NCBI GenBank assembly: GCA_040954595.2
Contig: CM082580.2
Span: 9,712,390 to 9,776,389 of the forward strand
Source: Balanoglossus misakiensis
Lineage: Eukaryota; Animalia; Hemichordata
Direction: 5' to 3'
Length of the DNA stretch: 64,000 nt
In this document: piece after piece, positions 16,093 to 27,751 of the stretch
Position numbering within the stretch: the stretch's first letter is position 1
How the letters are laid out: every line of letters begins with the position of its first letter
Notes under the pieces: model-generated
Told to the model about the DNA's origin: nothing
Seen by the model: only the letters and a program-made list of their open reading frames with translations
Databases searched by the model: none
Translations under genes and position numbers: made by a program

Positions 16093-18668
16093 TCAACTGT
16101 CTCCCTCTCCACTTTGTTTCAATTTCTTCCTATCCAACCATTTCTGAAGATACTCCAAGTAGACTTTCTTCTGGGGTGAGGATGCTGGAATGAAATGACC
16201 TGACGAGACAGAAGCAGACATTGTTTGGGACACAAGGTTCAAATCATAGTTGCTGTTTAACTGAAACATTGTCTTGTCACCAGCATCACCATAAGTGCTA
16301 TATTAAATTTCATTCAGCAGGAAAATGCAGTCTCTTGTTTTGATTCCACTATGGCCGACAACAAAGCATATTATAGAGTTATTCACAGAATATAACCATA
16401 TATGGATTAAAAACTGCCATTCACGTCCCAAATCACAGTAAATCTGAGCGTACCTCCAGTGTGACTCAGTGTTTCAGGCTCCACAAAAAACTTCAACCAC
16501 TCTACACTCCATTCTAAGAAGAAACAAGACAAGAGATTTATTGCATTAAATTTTCAACAAATGGCAGAAACTGTACAAAGAAACTGTTCACAAAAAAATC
16601 AATAAAATGTTGTCTGTACAAAAGCTTCTGTTCGGGACCAACCTTTTGGAATGACCTTGTCTGTATCGCCGTAGACATGTAACGTTGGACACGCGATTGG
16701 TTGACTGTAAAACTTCCCATGACCCTGGCAGAGACTTTTAAATCCTGCAACAAGGATGGCGAAATCAAACTGGAAAGGCGATCCTGAAAAAAAAAAAAAA
16801 AACAGAATTGAAAGAAGATTCTTATCAGAGTCGATTCAATTGCAACAACAGTAAAACCTGTCTGACCTGAACTCTGTCTAATCTGTCTATACTGAATACA
16901 TTTTTCAGGGCTGTTTGCATAGAACCACATGTTACACCACACTAAGCTTTCAACAACAGTACTACAGTAGTAGTCTGGTAACTTGAATACAATGTACATA
17001 CAAATATGGCTTCTGATGCTTTTCTTGAACTGACCTGGGTCATCCTTGACTGCACACAGCATGCCAACCAATGATGCACCCTGACTGAATCCCAAAATAC
17101 CTGCCCAGGAGAAAACACAGCAAGAAGACACTGGGTGGCTTGTCTCTATAGGAAAAGTGGTGATTATGCATGTGACATATATGCCAGGATTAAACCTTTC
17201 ACTGCCATGGTTCACTCCAAGACCATTGTTTTCTATGGTAAGGTTGGACCTCTAAAGAGGGAACTGGGGGTGAAAGGGTAAATGTTCCTACCATCAAATG
17301 GTCCTTCCTCCTTGAAAGCCTTCTCTATGACTTGCATTGATTTGTCGAAGCCCTTGCTGACATCTGTGGGGTCACCAGCATCGAAGTAATCATCATCCCT
17401 GGAAAACCACCATCCACACTGATCTATGAAATGTTAATGAGAAAGAACATTTTTCCCCCTGATCACGCTAAAGGTGTTCCCCCATGGTGTGTATGTCAAC
17501 AGTTCGCAAATTTTGTACATGTACCCATATGTACCATACTTACTACCCCACTCCCGTCTATCTACCTCCCTTCCTGATAAACCTATGCCATCACTTGATC
17601 ACAAACCAAATGCCTAGTCAACTTACCATCACCTCCTGTCTCATTTCGTGAACTGTCAGAACTTTCGAAGGGTGGAACAACATTTGGTGCCGAGATAAAA
17701 ACTGCAAATACAAGCAAATAACAAATGAAGGAATGACAAACACAAAGTAGATGAATGAATAAATGAAAGAATGACTAACCAACAAACATACACTTTGTAC
17801 CACCTGGGACTATTATACCTCGTAAGGTATATTCGTCCCAGGTACCACAGATCATGGATTTCACCTATTTACAGTGAAGGTTCTCGCATTGTTTTTCGCT
17901 CTTTCTTACACTGAACAACACGTAATGGATGACAAAGTAGAACACAGAACTTGCCAAAAAACCAAACTTGCCAAATTCAGCTTGTTTCTTAAGAATCTTC
18001 CTGAAAGACCCAGTTCTTTCTCTGAAACTCTGGGCATTCTGCCTGAAAAGAGACATGGTAGAAAAAGCACGTCACGTCAACAACATTCAGCAAGCAACTA
18101 TTTTCTGATTTCCAATTCTGCAATCATTTAATCAAGTTTCTAACATACGCTGAGCTATCAAAAGCAGGCTCCGACTGTACAATGTTTTACACAACACTGA
18201 TAATTCATATGTCGAAATCTATGGAGAAAGTACCTTGTGCATTTCCGTTTTCAAATACATATGTATTTCTATGGATTAATCAACTTACCTGTATCCATGG
18301 ATACACAATATCTGGAATTAGAAAGAAAGGGAGTGTTTACTATAGATTGAATGGCTGTTTTCTTTACGATATCATGAGTCCTGTGTTGGTTGGTCGGAGC
18401 GGCTAATTCCCCCACTATTTAAGAGCTGCAAATCTAAAGAAGTTGAGTCAAGCCTTGAGTCGATTCAGTGTTCGCGACAGTCAAGGGGTCAACTCAGGGG
18501 ATCGGGAGTGGTAGGGCTACGGACTAGGGGCCATCAAATCAACAATTACGCGAACTGAAGCACCACTGATACAACTGTACGGGCAGTGTTGTTTTAAAAC
18601 ACAGACATTGTAAATAAATTTATTATACTAACTCGAAGGAGACACTTTTCCGCTGTCGGCGTCGCCAT
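16093..18668 (-). CDS. OVCA2: OVCA2/FSH1-family serine hydrolase (esterase), ~9 exons
   Basis: MATPTAEKCLLR|ILCIHGYR|QNAQSFRERTGSFRKILKK..FISAPN..GWWFS..GPFD|GILGFSQGASL (nucleophile Ser)..PTLHVYGDTDKVIP (Asp)..HTG|GHFIPA (His); stop TGA 16095-16093. Confidence 0.92.
17190..17282. mobile_element. Second copy of the piggyBac-type MITE (OVCA2 intron)
   Basis: ttaaacctttcactgccatggttcactccaa...ggtaaggttggacctcta...gaactgggggtgaaagggtaaa aligns end to end with 8206-8297. Confidence 0.75.
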
Positions 18669-18960
18669 GTTGGGAATCCTCTAGCCTCGTTTTCGACTTA
18701 GAGCTAGAGCAGAAACTGACGGCGCCCTCTGGAGATGTACCCGACGGTGAAATCACTGGAGTACCGAAAATACAAACCAACTTTAGCCTCCAAAAGTTAT
18801 TTCCAGATTCGGATTCAAGCATAAGGCGCATGAACAAAGATACTACAGAAAGAAGCATTTAGCCACCCATCGCATTCCGAATTTGACCGTAGTGTACCTA
18901 TGTATTTGAGACCGCTATATTTCGGCAAAACAAACGAGGTGTTGTTGTTGTTCCTCGCAG
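18669..18960. promoter_or_regulatory. Putative bidirectional promoter OVCA2/BDP1 with a CTCF-like motif
   Basis: CpG-rich interval between the OVCA2 ATG (18668, -) and a BDP1 5'UTR exon ending at a GTAAGT donor (~19014); CTCCAGAGGGCGCC on the - strand at 18721-18734. Confidence 0.5.
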
Positions 18961-19217
18961 ACGCCTGCTGAAATTTGACGATGTGGAAAACTGGTTTTGT
19001 CATACTGTTGATGAGTAAGTACAAGTCATCCGAGTTTGCTATGGCGAATGCTTTAAAACTGTTAAACTCGACGCGATGGTTGGCTGATCAAAAACATGTA
19101 TCTTGCAAACTGCAAGAGATACGTCTGGATCTAGCTCCGCTTGGCAAGGATGTGTGTTCTTATCAGTGTGTAATCGCTTCAATTTTTCTGCCCAATTCAT
19201 CGCCAACACACAGTCAG

Positions 19218-19371
19218 TGGCAAACAATATTCTTGCTGCAGTTTGCAGCCCCTCCATCTCCCCTGGACGATTTTTGGTTTTGCGGGGAGAGGCCGCCCTC
19301 TCCCCGCAAAACCAAAAATCGTCCAGGGGAGATGGAGGGGCTGCAAACTGCAGCAAACAATATTCATGCTG
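19218..19371. mobile_element. 112-bp perfect fold-back (hairpin) element flanked by a 21-bp direct duplication
   Basis: Arms 19239-19292 and 19297-19350 are exact reverse complements (4-nt loop); flanks 19218-19238 and 19351-19371 match at 18/21. Confidence 0.8.
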
Positions 19372-19491
19372 CTCAGGCGAAACCCAAAAAATAACACAAT
19401 TGGACAAAAATAAACAAAGTTCAGACTGACTATGCCAATGCAGTCATTTACCACTGTAGCTTTTGTTTCTACACCAGCTGCTACATGAAGT

Positions 19492-22400
19492 ATGAGACGG
19501 GCCAAATTCCGTCCAACCATATCTACTAGCACAGCTAGGAGATCAGCCGCAAAACCAGAAACCAAGACCACAGAGAAGGATAGCGCACCAAACAGTGAGC
19601 AAAATGAGGTGCGTTTTCAAAGTGTTGATTGCAGTACATGTAGATTCAGGAATCTGGGCATACAAGCCTGAACAAAAATCCCATTTTATTCAACACTTGT
19701 TGAAAGACTTTTCATCTGTGACTCTGTTTCTGATTTTCTTAAGAAGAGATGACGATCAAAGTGAGGTACCATTTGATGCTAAATACCTGGTGTACTGAAA
19801 GATTAAAATGTTTGTAACTTTGTCAAAAGTTTTCACTTTCTGGTGTGTGTTCAATGAACAAAACGTACATGTATTGTTCTGTGCTGCAGTCGCCAAAGAA
19901 GCCGGCCAACCCCCAAACTTCCACCCAAAACATCAGTGAGAACCCAGAGCCAGTGCCTAAACCCGTGGCCACACCACCAAGACGAAGGAGATCGGCTGCC
20001 GTGCCCAACTTGGGCAGACCGAGAGCCAGGTCGACGGTGCTCTCCCAGGCCAGCAATGGTTCCGAATCGAGTACTCCGAGCTGTGAAGTCAGTGGAGAGA
20101 AAGACGCACCTGGGTTGAGTGAACCTCCGCCTGTGACAAGGTTGACTGATGGATTTGCCAGGTGAGAGAGTGCATTGTCTTGTGACTTGCATGTAGAATT
20201 CAAGTACTTGTGGTGGACAATGCCATATGGTCCCCTCTTTACTGATGTGTGACGTCAACACAATATGCACCATTTTTTTCCATGCTGAAACATTCATCAA
20301 TCACCTACAACATCGCGACGCATTTGTTTAAAAAAATCACAAAAAAACTAACAACAGCTGATTGTAATTCCGCCACCAGGCCGGGTAAGTCCACACCCGC
20401 AAAGTCGCCAAGTGAAAAACCTCAGTCCAAGTCCCAGGGGAAGTCAATCACTCCAGTTACTGCCAGTACAGCGACAGTTGGCACTGTCCGCCCGACACTA
20501 ACGCCATCACGGGACAGGCACTCCGAGAAAAGAATTGTAACACCGATCATCCACGACAGGAGGAGAGAACTGAAAGACATTGAAAAAGAACAAGAGGTAG
20601 GTTGTATGCTCTAAAGTGTGTTTTTTAGGTCCCTGAGTATATATACCATTGGGAACTTACAGAATCGGATGTGTCTGTCTGTCTGTCTGTCTGTATGTGT
20701 GGAGTGACTGTGGGTGAATGAACATGAACACATAGTCCTTTTTTTTCTGTCGCAGACTCCTGCCAAGCGAAGGAAGCGGTATGTGAAAACCCAACCTCCA
20801 GACAGAAGCAAGATGACCATGTCCGACTTGATCTATTACAATCCGAAGAACAACCCAATGAAGTATGTGTTTTGTTTTGTGTCAGTTCTTTAAGATGGTG
20901 CTAGTACGCACATTGAGACCAATACTTTGATCAAGGGCTCCTTATACTGTATGATTATTATGGTGGTCCCTTTATTTTGATTTTGTCTATCAGGTCAAGT
21001 GTTGAAGTGAGAGAAAAGAAAAAAGGTCAAAATACTGATGAAGATGAACAGGTTATAGGGTCAGTGAGCAGTACAGGGTAAGTCCAAACCAGATTTTTTT
21101 CTTGACTCCCATTTTGAACACATTCGGGCGTGGACAATTTTAAGTAAATAATGAAATCCAGGTGAGATATAATTTCTCCAAACTCTCACTTCAGTCAGTT
21201 GTCATCTTTTTTACCCACAATGCAATTAATACATGATTTGGACCCCCTAGCATGAAGTAAAAACTATGAAGAGTCGTGAGAATCGCAGTTTGTTGATATA
21301 AAAGATGTTTGCACCTGAACTAAGAATAGTTTGTGTCATTTCAGAAGTGTGTCTTCTGAACAGAAGTCCAACAAAACCGCGGGAGGTGGTGGGGATGCTG
21401 ACAACAATGAAGATGGCGACAAAGACGATGATGACGATGGAGAGACGGAAATGCCAGTCCCTCAAGTCAGGATCAGCGATGACGGAACTATAGTCATCAA
21501 CGAAGCCAGGTGAGAAATGCATGGAAAATGAAGTGATGTTTATAATTTATGTAGTATGTGTTACACTGTGATGCGTTTGTTTTTGAATTACTGTGTTATC
21601 ATGTAACACCCTCCTCTGTTGATGTTTGCAGTTTATTTGTTGATGCTTCGCCTAAGAAGACAAACAAACCAAATTCGGAAATTGTCTATGAAAGGGCATC
21701 TTCCTACACAACATCTGCCAGCTTTAGGAAAAGGACGCACACTGCCACGTGGACCGAACGAGGTGAGTAGTCTAATGTCTTTCTCTAGATCCACTTTAAC
21801 CCCTTCACCACCATATGATTTTGTCCAAATCTGTTGTTTTCTGTGGTAAAGTTGGACCTATGAACCGGATAATAGGGTCAAAAGTGTGAAATGGTGGTTT
21901 ACTCTCTGTCACATGTTCTTGTTTTGTTTTTTGTTTTTGCAGAGACTGCCAAATTCTACAAAGCACTGAGCACAGTGGGCACTGACTTCACACTGGTCAA
22001 TGCCATGTTTCCATTCAGAACGCGCACCGAAATAAAAAACAAGTTCAAGCGCGAGGAGAGGATCAACCGAGCACTGGTTGACAAGGCAATCAGTAAGTCA
22101 CTGTCTTTGAGTGGTTTTGTCACAATCCATTTTTTATATGCAAAAGTTGGACCTCTGTTGAGGGAAGGGGGAGTGAAAGCGTTAATACTGAAATAGGTTG
22201 ATATGGTTAGTTTTGATTCATCTCTTGGTGTTCCTTGCTCACAGGGGAACGGCAACACTTTGACATGTCTGTGTTTGAACAGACCGAGTCGGATATCGAA
22301 GCTGAGAAGGAAAAGGAAAGGAAGAAGCAGGCCAAGACAGCCAAGAAGCAGACGAACCGAAGGAAAGCAGCAAAGAGTGAGTGTTGAATCAATTAAATTA

Positions 22401-23478
22401 ACACCTCATGTATATCCAACTGAAACATTTGTGATACATGATTGTACCTTGCAGTAAATTCTTATTGACAGATTCTTGTGACATCATCAGACTTTGTTTG
22501 ATTTCGATTATACTTCTGTTTCTCCCAGGTAAAACAGGTGAAGAATCACAGAATTGTGAGACTGAAAATGGCTCCCAGAAAGACGGTGACAATCTACCGG
22601 ATGGTTTAGGAGTCTCTGAAAATTTAGAAGGCGGCTCTGTTGAAAATGGGGAAACCGGCAGCGTAGGGGACAAGGATGGAGGAGAAAGAGAGGAGGCTGA
22701 TGAAGAGAAGAAAAATTCTGACGAGGGAAGCGATGAGGAAATCCAGATTGTGGATATCCTCAGCAGGCCGACGAGATCGGGCAGACAGCCGAAGTTGGTG
22801 AAGTCGTTCACCATCGAGGAGGAACCGACGAGAAAGCGGAGGGCGCGAGACGAGTCGGATGGCGAGAAGAGAAGCTCCCAGAAGAAGAAGAAGGCCAATC
22901 TCTTGCAGAGGACGCAGAAACAGAGTAGCGACTTCAGTGGTTACTCGCCAGGGAATTCCGCTTCAAAGGATGGCGGAGTCGGCGAGACGAGCAGTGTTGG
23001 GACAGGCTCGCCCCAGCAGCAGCACGTGTCAGTGTCCCTGGAAAGCTATGTACAGCAGGGGAATGTGACTTTGGTGAATGTCCAGCCGAGTGGAAATTCC
23101 GACACGACCAGCGCCGTCACGTACATCATTCCGGCCGGTAATCTTAACGCGGCTGTCGCGGGAAACGTAACTCTACAAGACGGTGACAAGCAGACAGCCG
23201 ATCGTGCAGAAACCATGGACGCTGAACCGATCGAGTGTCAGATTATAACGACGGACGAGATCCCTGTGGATTGCGACCTTGACTCGGGCGAGCAAAGAGA
23301 GCCCACGTTCTTGGCAGAGACCGTTGTGGCCAGTACGGAATATGACATTCAGACGGAAACGTATCCGGAAAGCGCCGGTGTTTTCATACCACCGAGCCAA
23401 CTCAGACAAACCACTGGGTCAGCTGTCACCAACGTGATCAATATAGCATCGCCATCGGACAACAACAGTGATTGTTGA
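19492..23478 (+). CDS. BDP1: TFIIIB component B'' (BDP1), RNA polymerase III initiation factor
   Basis: Starts [10 protein letters not shown]. Conserved blocks [40 protein letters not shown] and the SANT/Myb domain [44 protein letters not shown]; large terminal exon ~22529-23478 (TGA). Confidence 0.93.
21796..21890. mobile_element. Degenerate third copy of the piggyBac-type MITE (BDP1 intron)
   Basis: ttaaccccttcaccaccat..gtccaaa..ttgttttc..tggtaaagttggacct; further fragments at ~22112-22185 and ~54681-54722. Confidence 0.6.
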
Positions 23479-26078
23479 TCATTGCGTTTTTATATCAGAG
23501 AAAAATTATTTGTGGAACATTTTATTTGTCTGATAATGTGACATATTTGTACTTATAAGGAAAATAGTCACCATGGACCCCTCAACTATGTGTTTACTTT
23601 AAAGGTTTGCGGTCTGTACTGTCAATTTATTACACCATGCCACAGCGCGATCCCTAGATGGGAAAATAAAAATAAGGAAAAACGGGTAAAAGATGCTTAT
23701 TTATTAATCATCACCTTGTGTTGTCAATGAAACAATAAAAAAATATAAAGTTATAATATTGTTCCAGAACAAGCTCAGATGTTGTTTGGTGTACTTCAGT
23801 TTTTCTTGCACTTGTTCTTGCTATTTCAAATTTTTCTCTTTTTTTCTGGTTCCATTTATGGCATCTACGTAACATACTTATAAGTTATACATAAGCGCTT
23901 GAGTTTAATATATGAATGCGAGATTAGATCCACTGGCAGCAAATGTTTTGATGAAATTCTACTAAAAAATGATTGAGTGAAAACGATTAGCATGTTGCAG
24001 TCTGTCTGGACTAGGTTTTTCAAATAAACTTAACTTTTATTGGAAATGTTGCCTTTTTGATAGTTATTTAAAACTTCTGCCACAGTGACGATGCAGTGAT
24101 AAGTTTTATGTTGTGTTCTACCAATAAATGCTATCCTTTCCATATAGCGCATGTATCACTCACAGTAAATGCGTCAACCTGTGTCTATATCACCAGCCTG
24201 TGTGCCCTCTAAGCTCATATGATGCGCCACTGACTCAACAAACTCACTGGTGACTCAAGAAAATAACCCACACTACATGCAAAGGTATAGGGCCGACCCA
24301 GAGAATTTTTTTAGAAATTCTCAAATTGACTCAGACCTTTTAAAAATCATGACAAGCGATTCTGCATCACTGTTAGTACCTGTTGAACATTAATTCATCT
24401 ACTGTCATTGTTTAACCCTGGTTGAAGTCCGCGCTCTGGTCATTTATCACCATGACGACACCGAGTGGGTATACCCCCCGGTCGCCATGTCACTTAGCTC
24501 TGTTGTGATTCAAACAGATCACAGTACAGGTTTGAGCGGCGAGACGAGGGGTGAACTACAAGACGACGTCCCACCGAGTCGGTAACCACTGCTCATTTCA
24601 AAGGCAAGTGTAAATTTTGACAATTAGAGTCGCTCGCCGGATTGTCCTCCACTTTTGTCTCAATTATGTAAAAAAAAATCTGACTTTTGTGGTCTCGTAT
24701 ATATTATTTTGAAACATCTCTGTTTTCTGCCACAGCTTGAACTTGTTATCTGCACGGATATCGTGGCATCTTCCTCGGCAACTGACATCTCCAAGCAGAG
24801 GCTGCACGGGCTTTACGTCTTCCCGTCCCGGTAGATTCATCCCACTCTCCAGAAACAGTGAGTGCACAGCATAGCAACATGTTTACGTGACTATTATGCC
24901 TCTCATCTTCTAGTGTTATGAAATTTCACACATCTGTACTACACCAAAACACTGATGTAATTTATTTAAGGCCATGAGATACTCTTGTGAGTTTCAGTAC
25001 TTACTGAAAATCGATTTCATTGACTAAGCTATAACAGCACTTATTACTTATCTCTTAACCATGATAACATTTGATAATGGTGTAAATACATGTATTAATT
25101 TTCAGTCTCTACAGCTTAAGACTTAATGAATTATATTTAGAAACAAAGCATAATCCGTTTAGGAAACTAATTCATATCTACAGATTATGGCAGTGATCAT
25201 CTGTACTGGTATCAGCTCAGTGATCTTCTCCGCCCATAGCACACAAGACCGATGAAAACAATATTTGATTTTATTAATTAAATTAATTCGCATTCTCTTG
25301 ATATTGGAATATAGATAAAATAGATTATCATGGTATTTAATGTGAAGCTTAGTGATACTTGACTACCAGAGATCTGACAACATATTAATACTGTGTTGTG
25401 ACATGATCTCCATGGTGACGTGAAAACAACTGATAGATGCTCACCGAGTCCATTTATCACCACTCCGGGTGAGCCACCACCTAGCAACCACTGCATCTGA
25501 CCTTTGACTGCTCAGTGATCTTCCGATAACTCCCATAAATCACCTCTAAGGACACTTTGGGCCACCAAATTAAAATTAGTTGTTTCTAAACTTGTTTATA
25601 TACTCTACTGGTATAATTACGACAAGAATGTTCTGGTTAAACTGTGAAAAGCGAAGCTTTTCAAACAAGTATTGCGAATTGTCGAGACGAGATTTTGTAA
25701 CTAGAAGACCAAAAACTGTGCCTCAAGTACTGGACTGCTCACACACCCCATTCTAAAAGCATATTGTGTGACCCGGCTTCTCCGACAGACTATATGTACT
25801 TGGGGGTGATATACAACTTCATTCAGTCAACCAATAGTGAGAGAGGAATTTCGTAGCGTTTAATATTCCACTAGATCAGAAATAATCTAACCGTACACAA
25901 GGCTGAGTCTGGTAGCCTAATAGCCTATACCGGGCGACTGACTCGGCGTTACAGCACTTTTTATCGTCGTCATAAATTTTTCGAAAATAAAAACCTTTGC
26001 AATAAAACTAATCGGTTCTCGTTGTCTGTTTTCCACCAATCAAGGTCTCGTCAAAACGAACAGTCGGCTGGCGTCAAC

Positions 26079-26309
26079 ATGGGTATGGGCTGCAAAGAAA
26101 TCTGTTTCGCCATCTTGTGGTTTCTGTGTCTTGTCTTCGTGGCGTGGCCCGTGGCCTTCTTCGTGGCGTGGTTCTACATCATCTGCTTGCCGTTCGGCGT
26201 CTGCATAGATTTCTGCAAACAGCTGTGCGAGCTGTTGCTCAAGGCGGTGCAGTTCCCTGAGTGGACGACTGAGAAGATGGTGAAAGGCGAAGGATGCGAC
26301 TGCTGTTGA
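26079..26309 (+). CDS. 76-aa Cys-rich membrane microprotein (caveolin-like hairpin topology), uncharacterised
   Basis: MGMGCKEICFAILWFLCLVFVAWPVAFFVAWFYIICLPFGVCIDFCKQLCELLLKAVQFPEWTTEKMVKGEGCDCC*. Strong GC3 bias against AT-rich flanks; good start context (caacATGG); upstream branch point/polypyrimidine/AG acceptor at 26044; AATAAA at ~26439. Confidence 0.8.
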   Translation: MGMGCKEICFAILWFLCLVFVAWPVAFFVAWFYIICLPFGVCIDFCKQLCELLLKAVQFPEWTTEKMVKGEGCDCC

Positions 26310-27302
26310 AACCGCTGACCACTGATGTCGCAGACTGCAGTGACTTATCTTTTTGGAACGACACTTTTTCCCCGCATAAATTTTGTGGTCAGACTATGCA
26401 CAAGCCCGAACTATGACAAATTTATTTAAGCACATCTTAATAAAAAAACATTCATGAGAAATCTACTTTTATTATAGGAACGCGCCGTGATTAAACCTTC
26501 GCTTTTGTCTTTTTGCTTACGAACTGACTCATGTCGGAGCTACTCGCTGATCGAAAACGACGAAATTTTGTACGGCCATGATCGACGGTCTCAAGACTGA
26601 AAATTTTCCAAAGATTTTTATTTCCTTTACTGGTATGTAAATAAATATCAATGTCAACTCCTTCTGTATATGTTTGTTTTGGTTGTTGTATTAGAGGGGA
26701 GGCGCGATTCAACTGAAGCCGGACCGAGATTTTTCAGTAATGTGTTTTGTCTCTCTTTCTGTTTTGCCTATGACCAAGGCACCAGGCATTATTCATTTCT
26801 GGCGAAAACTGGTAAATATTGCAACTATGCAGGAAGGATCACTCAATAATATTAAATATATAAATCAGAGTTAGGAAAATACGAAAAAACGAAAATTCCA
26901 AACACACTCTACTGGTGATACTGTATCTTTTGGATGCGCAAAACCACAGGGGTCGGAATCACACTGACGTCATTTGATAGCGAAGAATACGGTAGCCTGA
27001 TGTTTGGGTTGAATCAGGCACAGCAGTGTGCGCGTGCGCCCATAATCTTCAAAATTCCTCATCTTAGTTTTAGTATGACTCTATAATAAACACATAACTT
27101 TATATATAAGTTCCTTCGGTGTTTATTTCAACTTTACTTCAGTCGAGACTGTAGCTGCCCATGTTGTGACTCGTGTTGATGGTGACCCTTGAATTCCCAG
27201 AGGGTGAGGACCGGAAATTTTCGATAAATAGTAAGAAATGCGACTTGCATTGTTGTATTATGGCATTTGTGGTGCTAAATGGGTACGTGGCGTATGGTTG
27301 AT

Positions 27303-27331
27303 CACGTGGTCATGTACGTTTTCCTATAAAA
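27303..27331 (+). promoter_or_regulatory. Core promoter of the C1q gene (E-box CACGTG + TATAAAA)
   Basis: CACGTG 27303-27308 and TATAAAA 27325-27331, followed by a short non-coding exon ending at a GTAAGT donor (~27425). Confidence 0.55.
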
Positions 27332-27751
27332 GTGTTAATAACAGAAGAAATCCAACACAGAAGGCTTCACACAATCAGCATATACGCAGGCTCGGCGCAA
27401 GCAGTTCTGTGCAAATGTTAATTGGTAAGTTATATCTATACCTACTAAGTTGTGCGTCATGTTCTGTTCGCAAAGTCCGCAGCGAGAACAAAAATAGCTA
27501 AAAAAATCGAGATTGACTGAAAGGGATTGTTCAGAATTTACTTCCAGGGTGGGGCCGGAGGATTTTCCCGGTGATTTTTTCCATGGAGAAAAGATTTCTT
27601 TTTGACGGTCTTTTGATGAAAGGAAACCGAGAAAGGCGCCTTTTGCATTTTAATCGTCATTATAGTTGTCTGGTTCTTGAAAACAAAGTTTTAATATTGC
27701 TATTGACTTGTGGTGTCGTCACAATGTTCGTATTCAGGCAGAGGAGTCGCC

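Noticed and set aside
18975-19429. ORFs on both strands sharing the peptide LLQFAAPPSPLDDFWFCGER
   Set aside because: Artifact of the perfect palindrome in BDP1 intron 1
19744-19765. Possible BDP1 micro-exon ending GAG|GTACC
   Set aside because: Available AG acceptors give 22, 19 or 17 nt, none frame-preserving; the flanking exons join in phase without it
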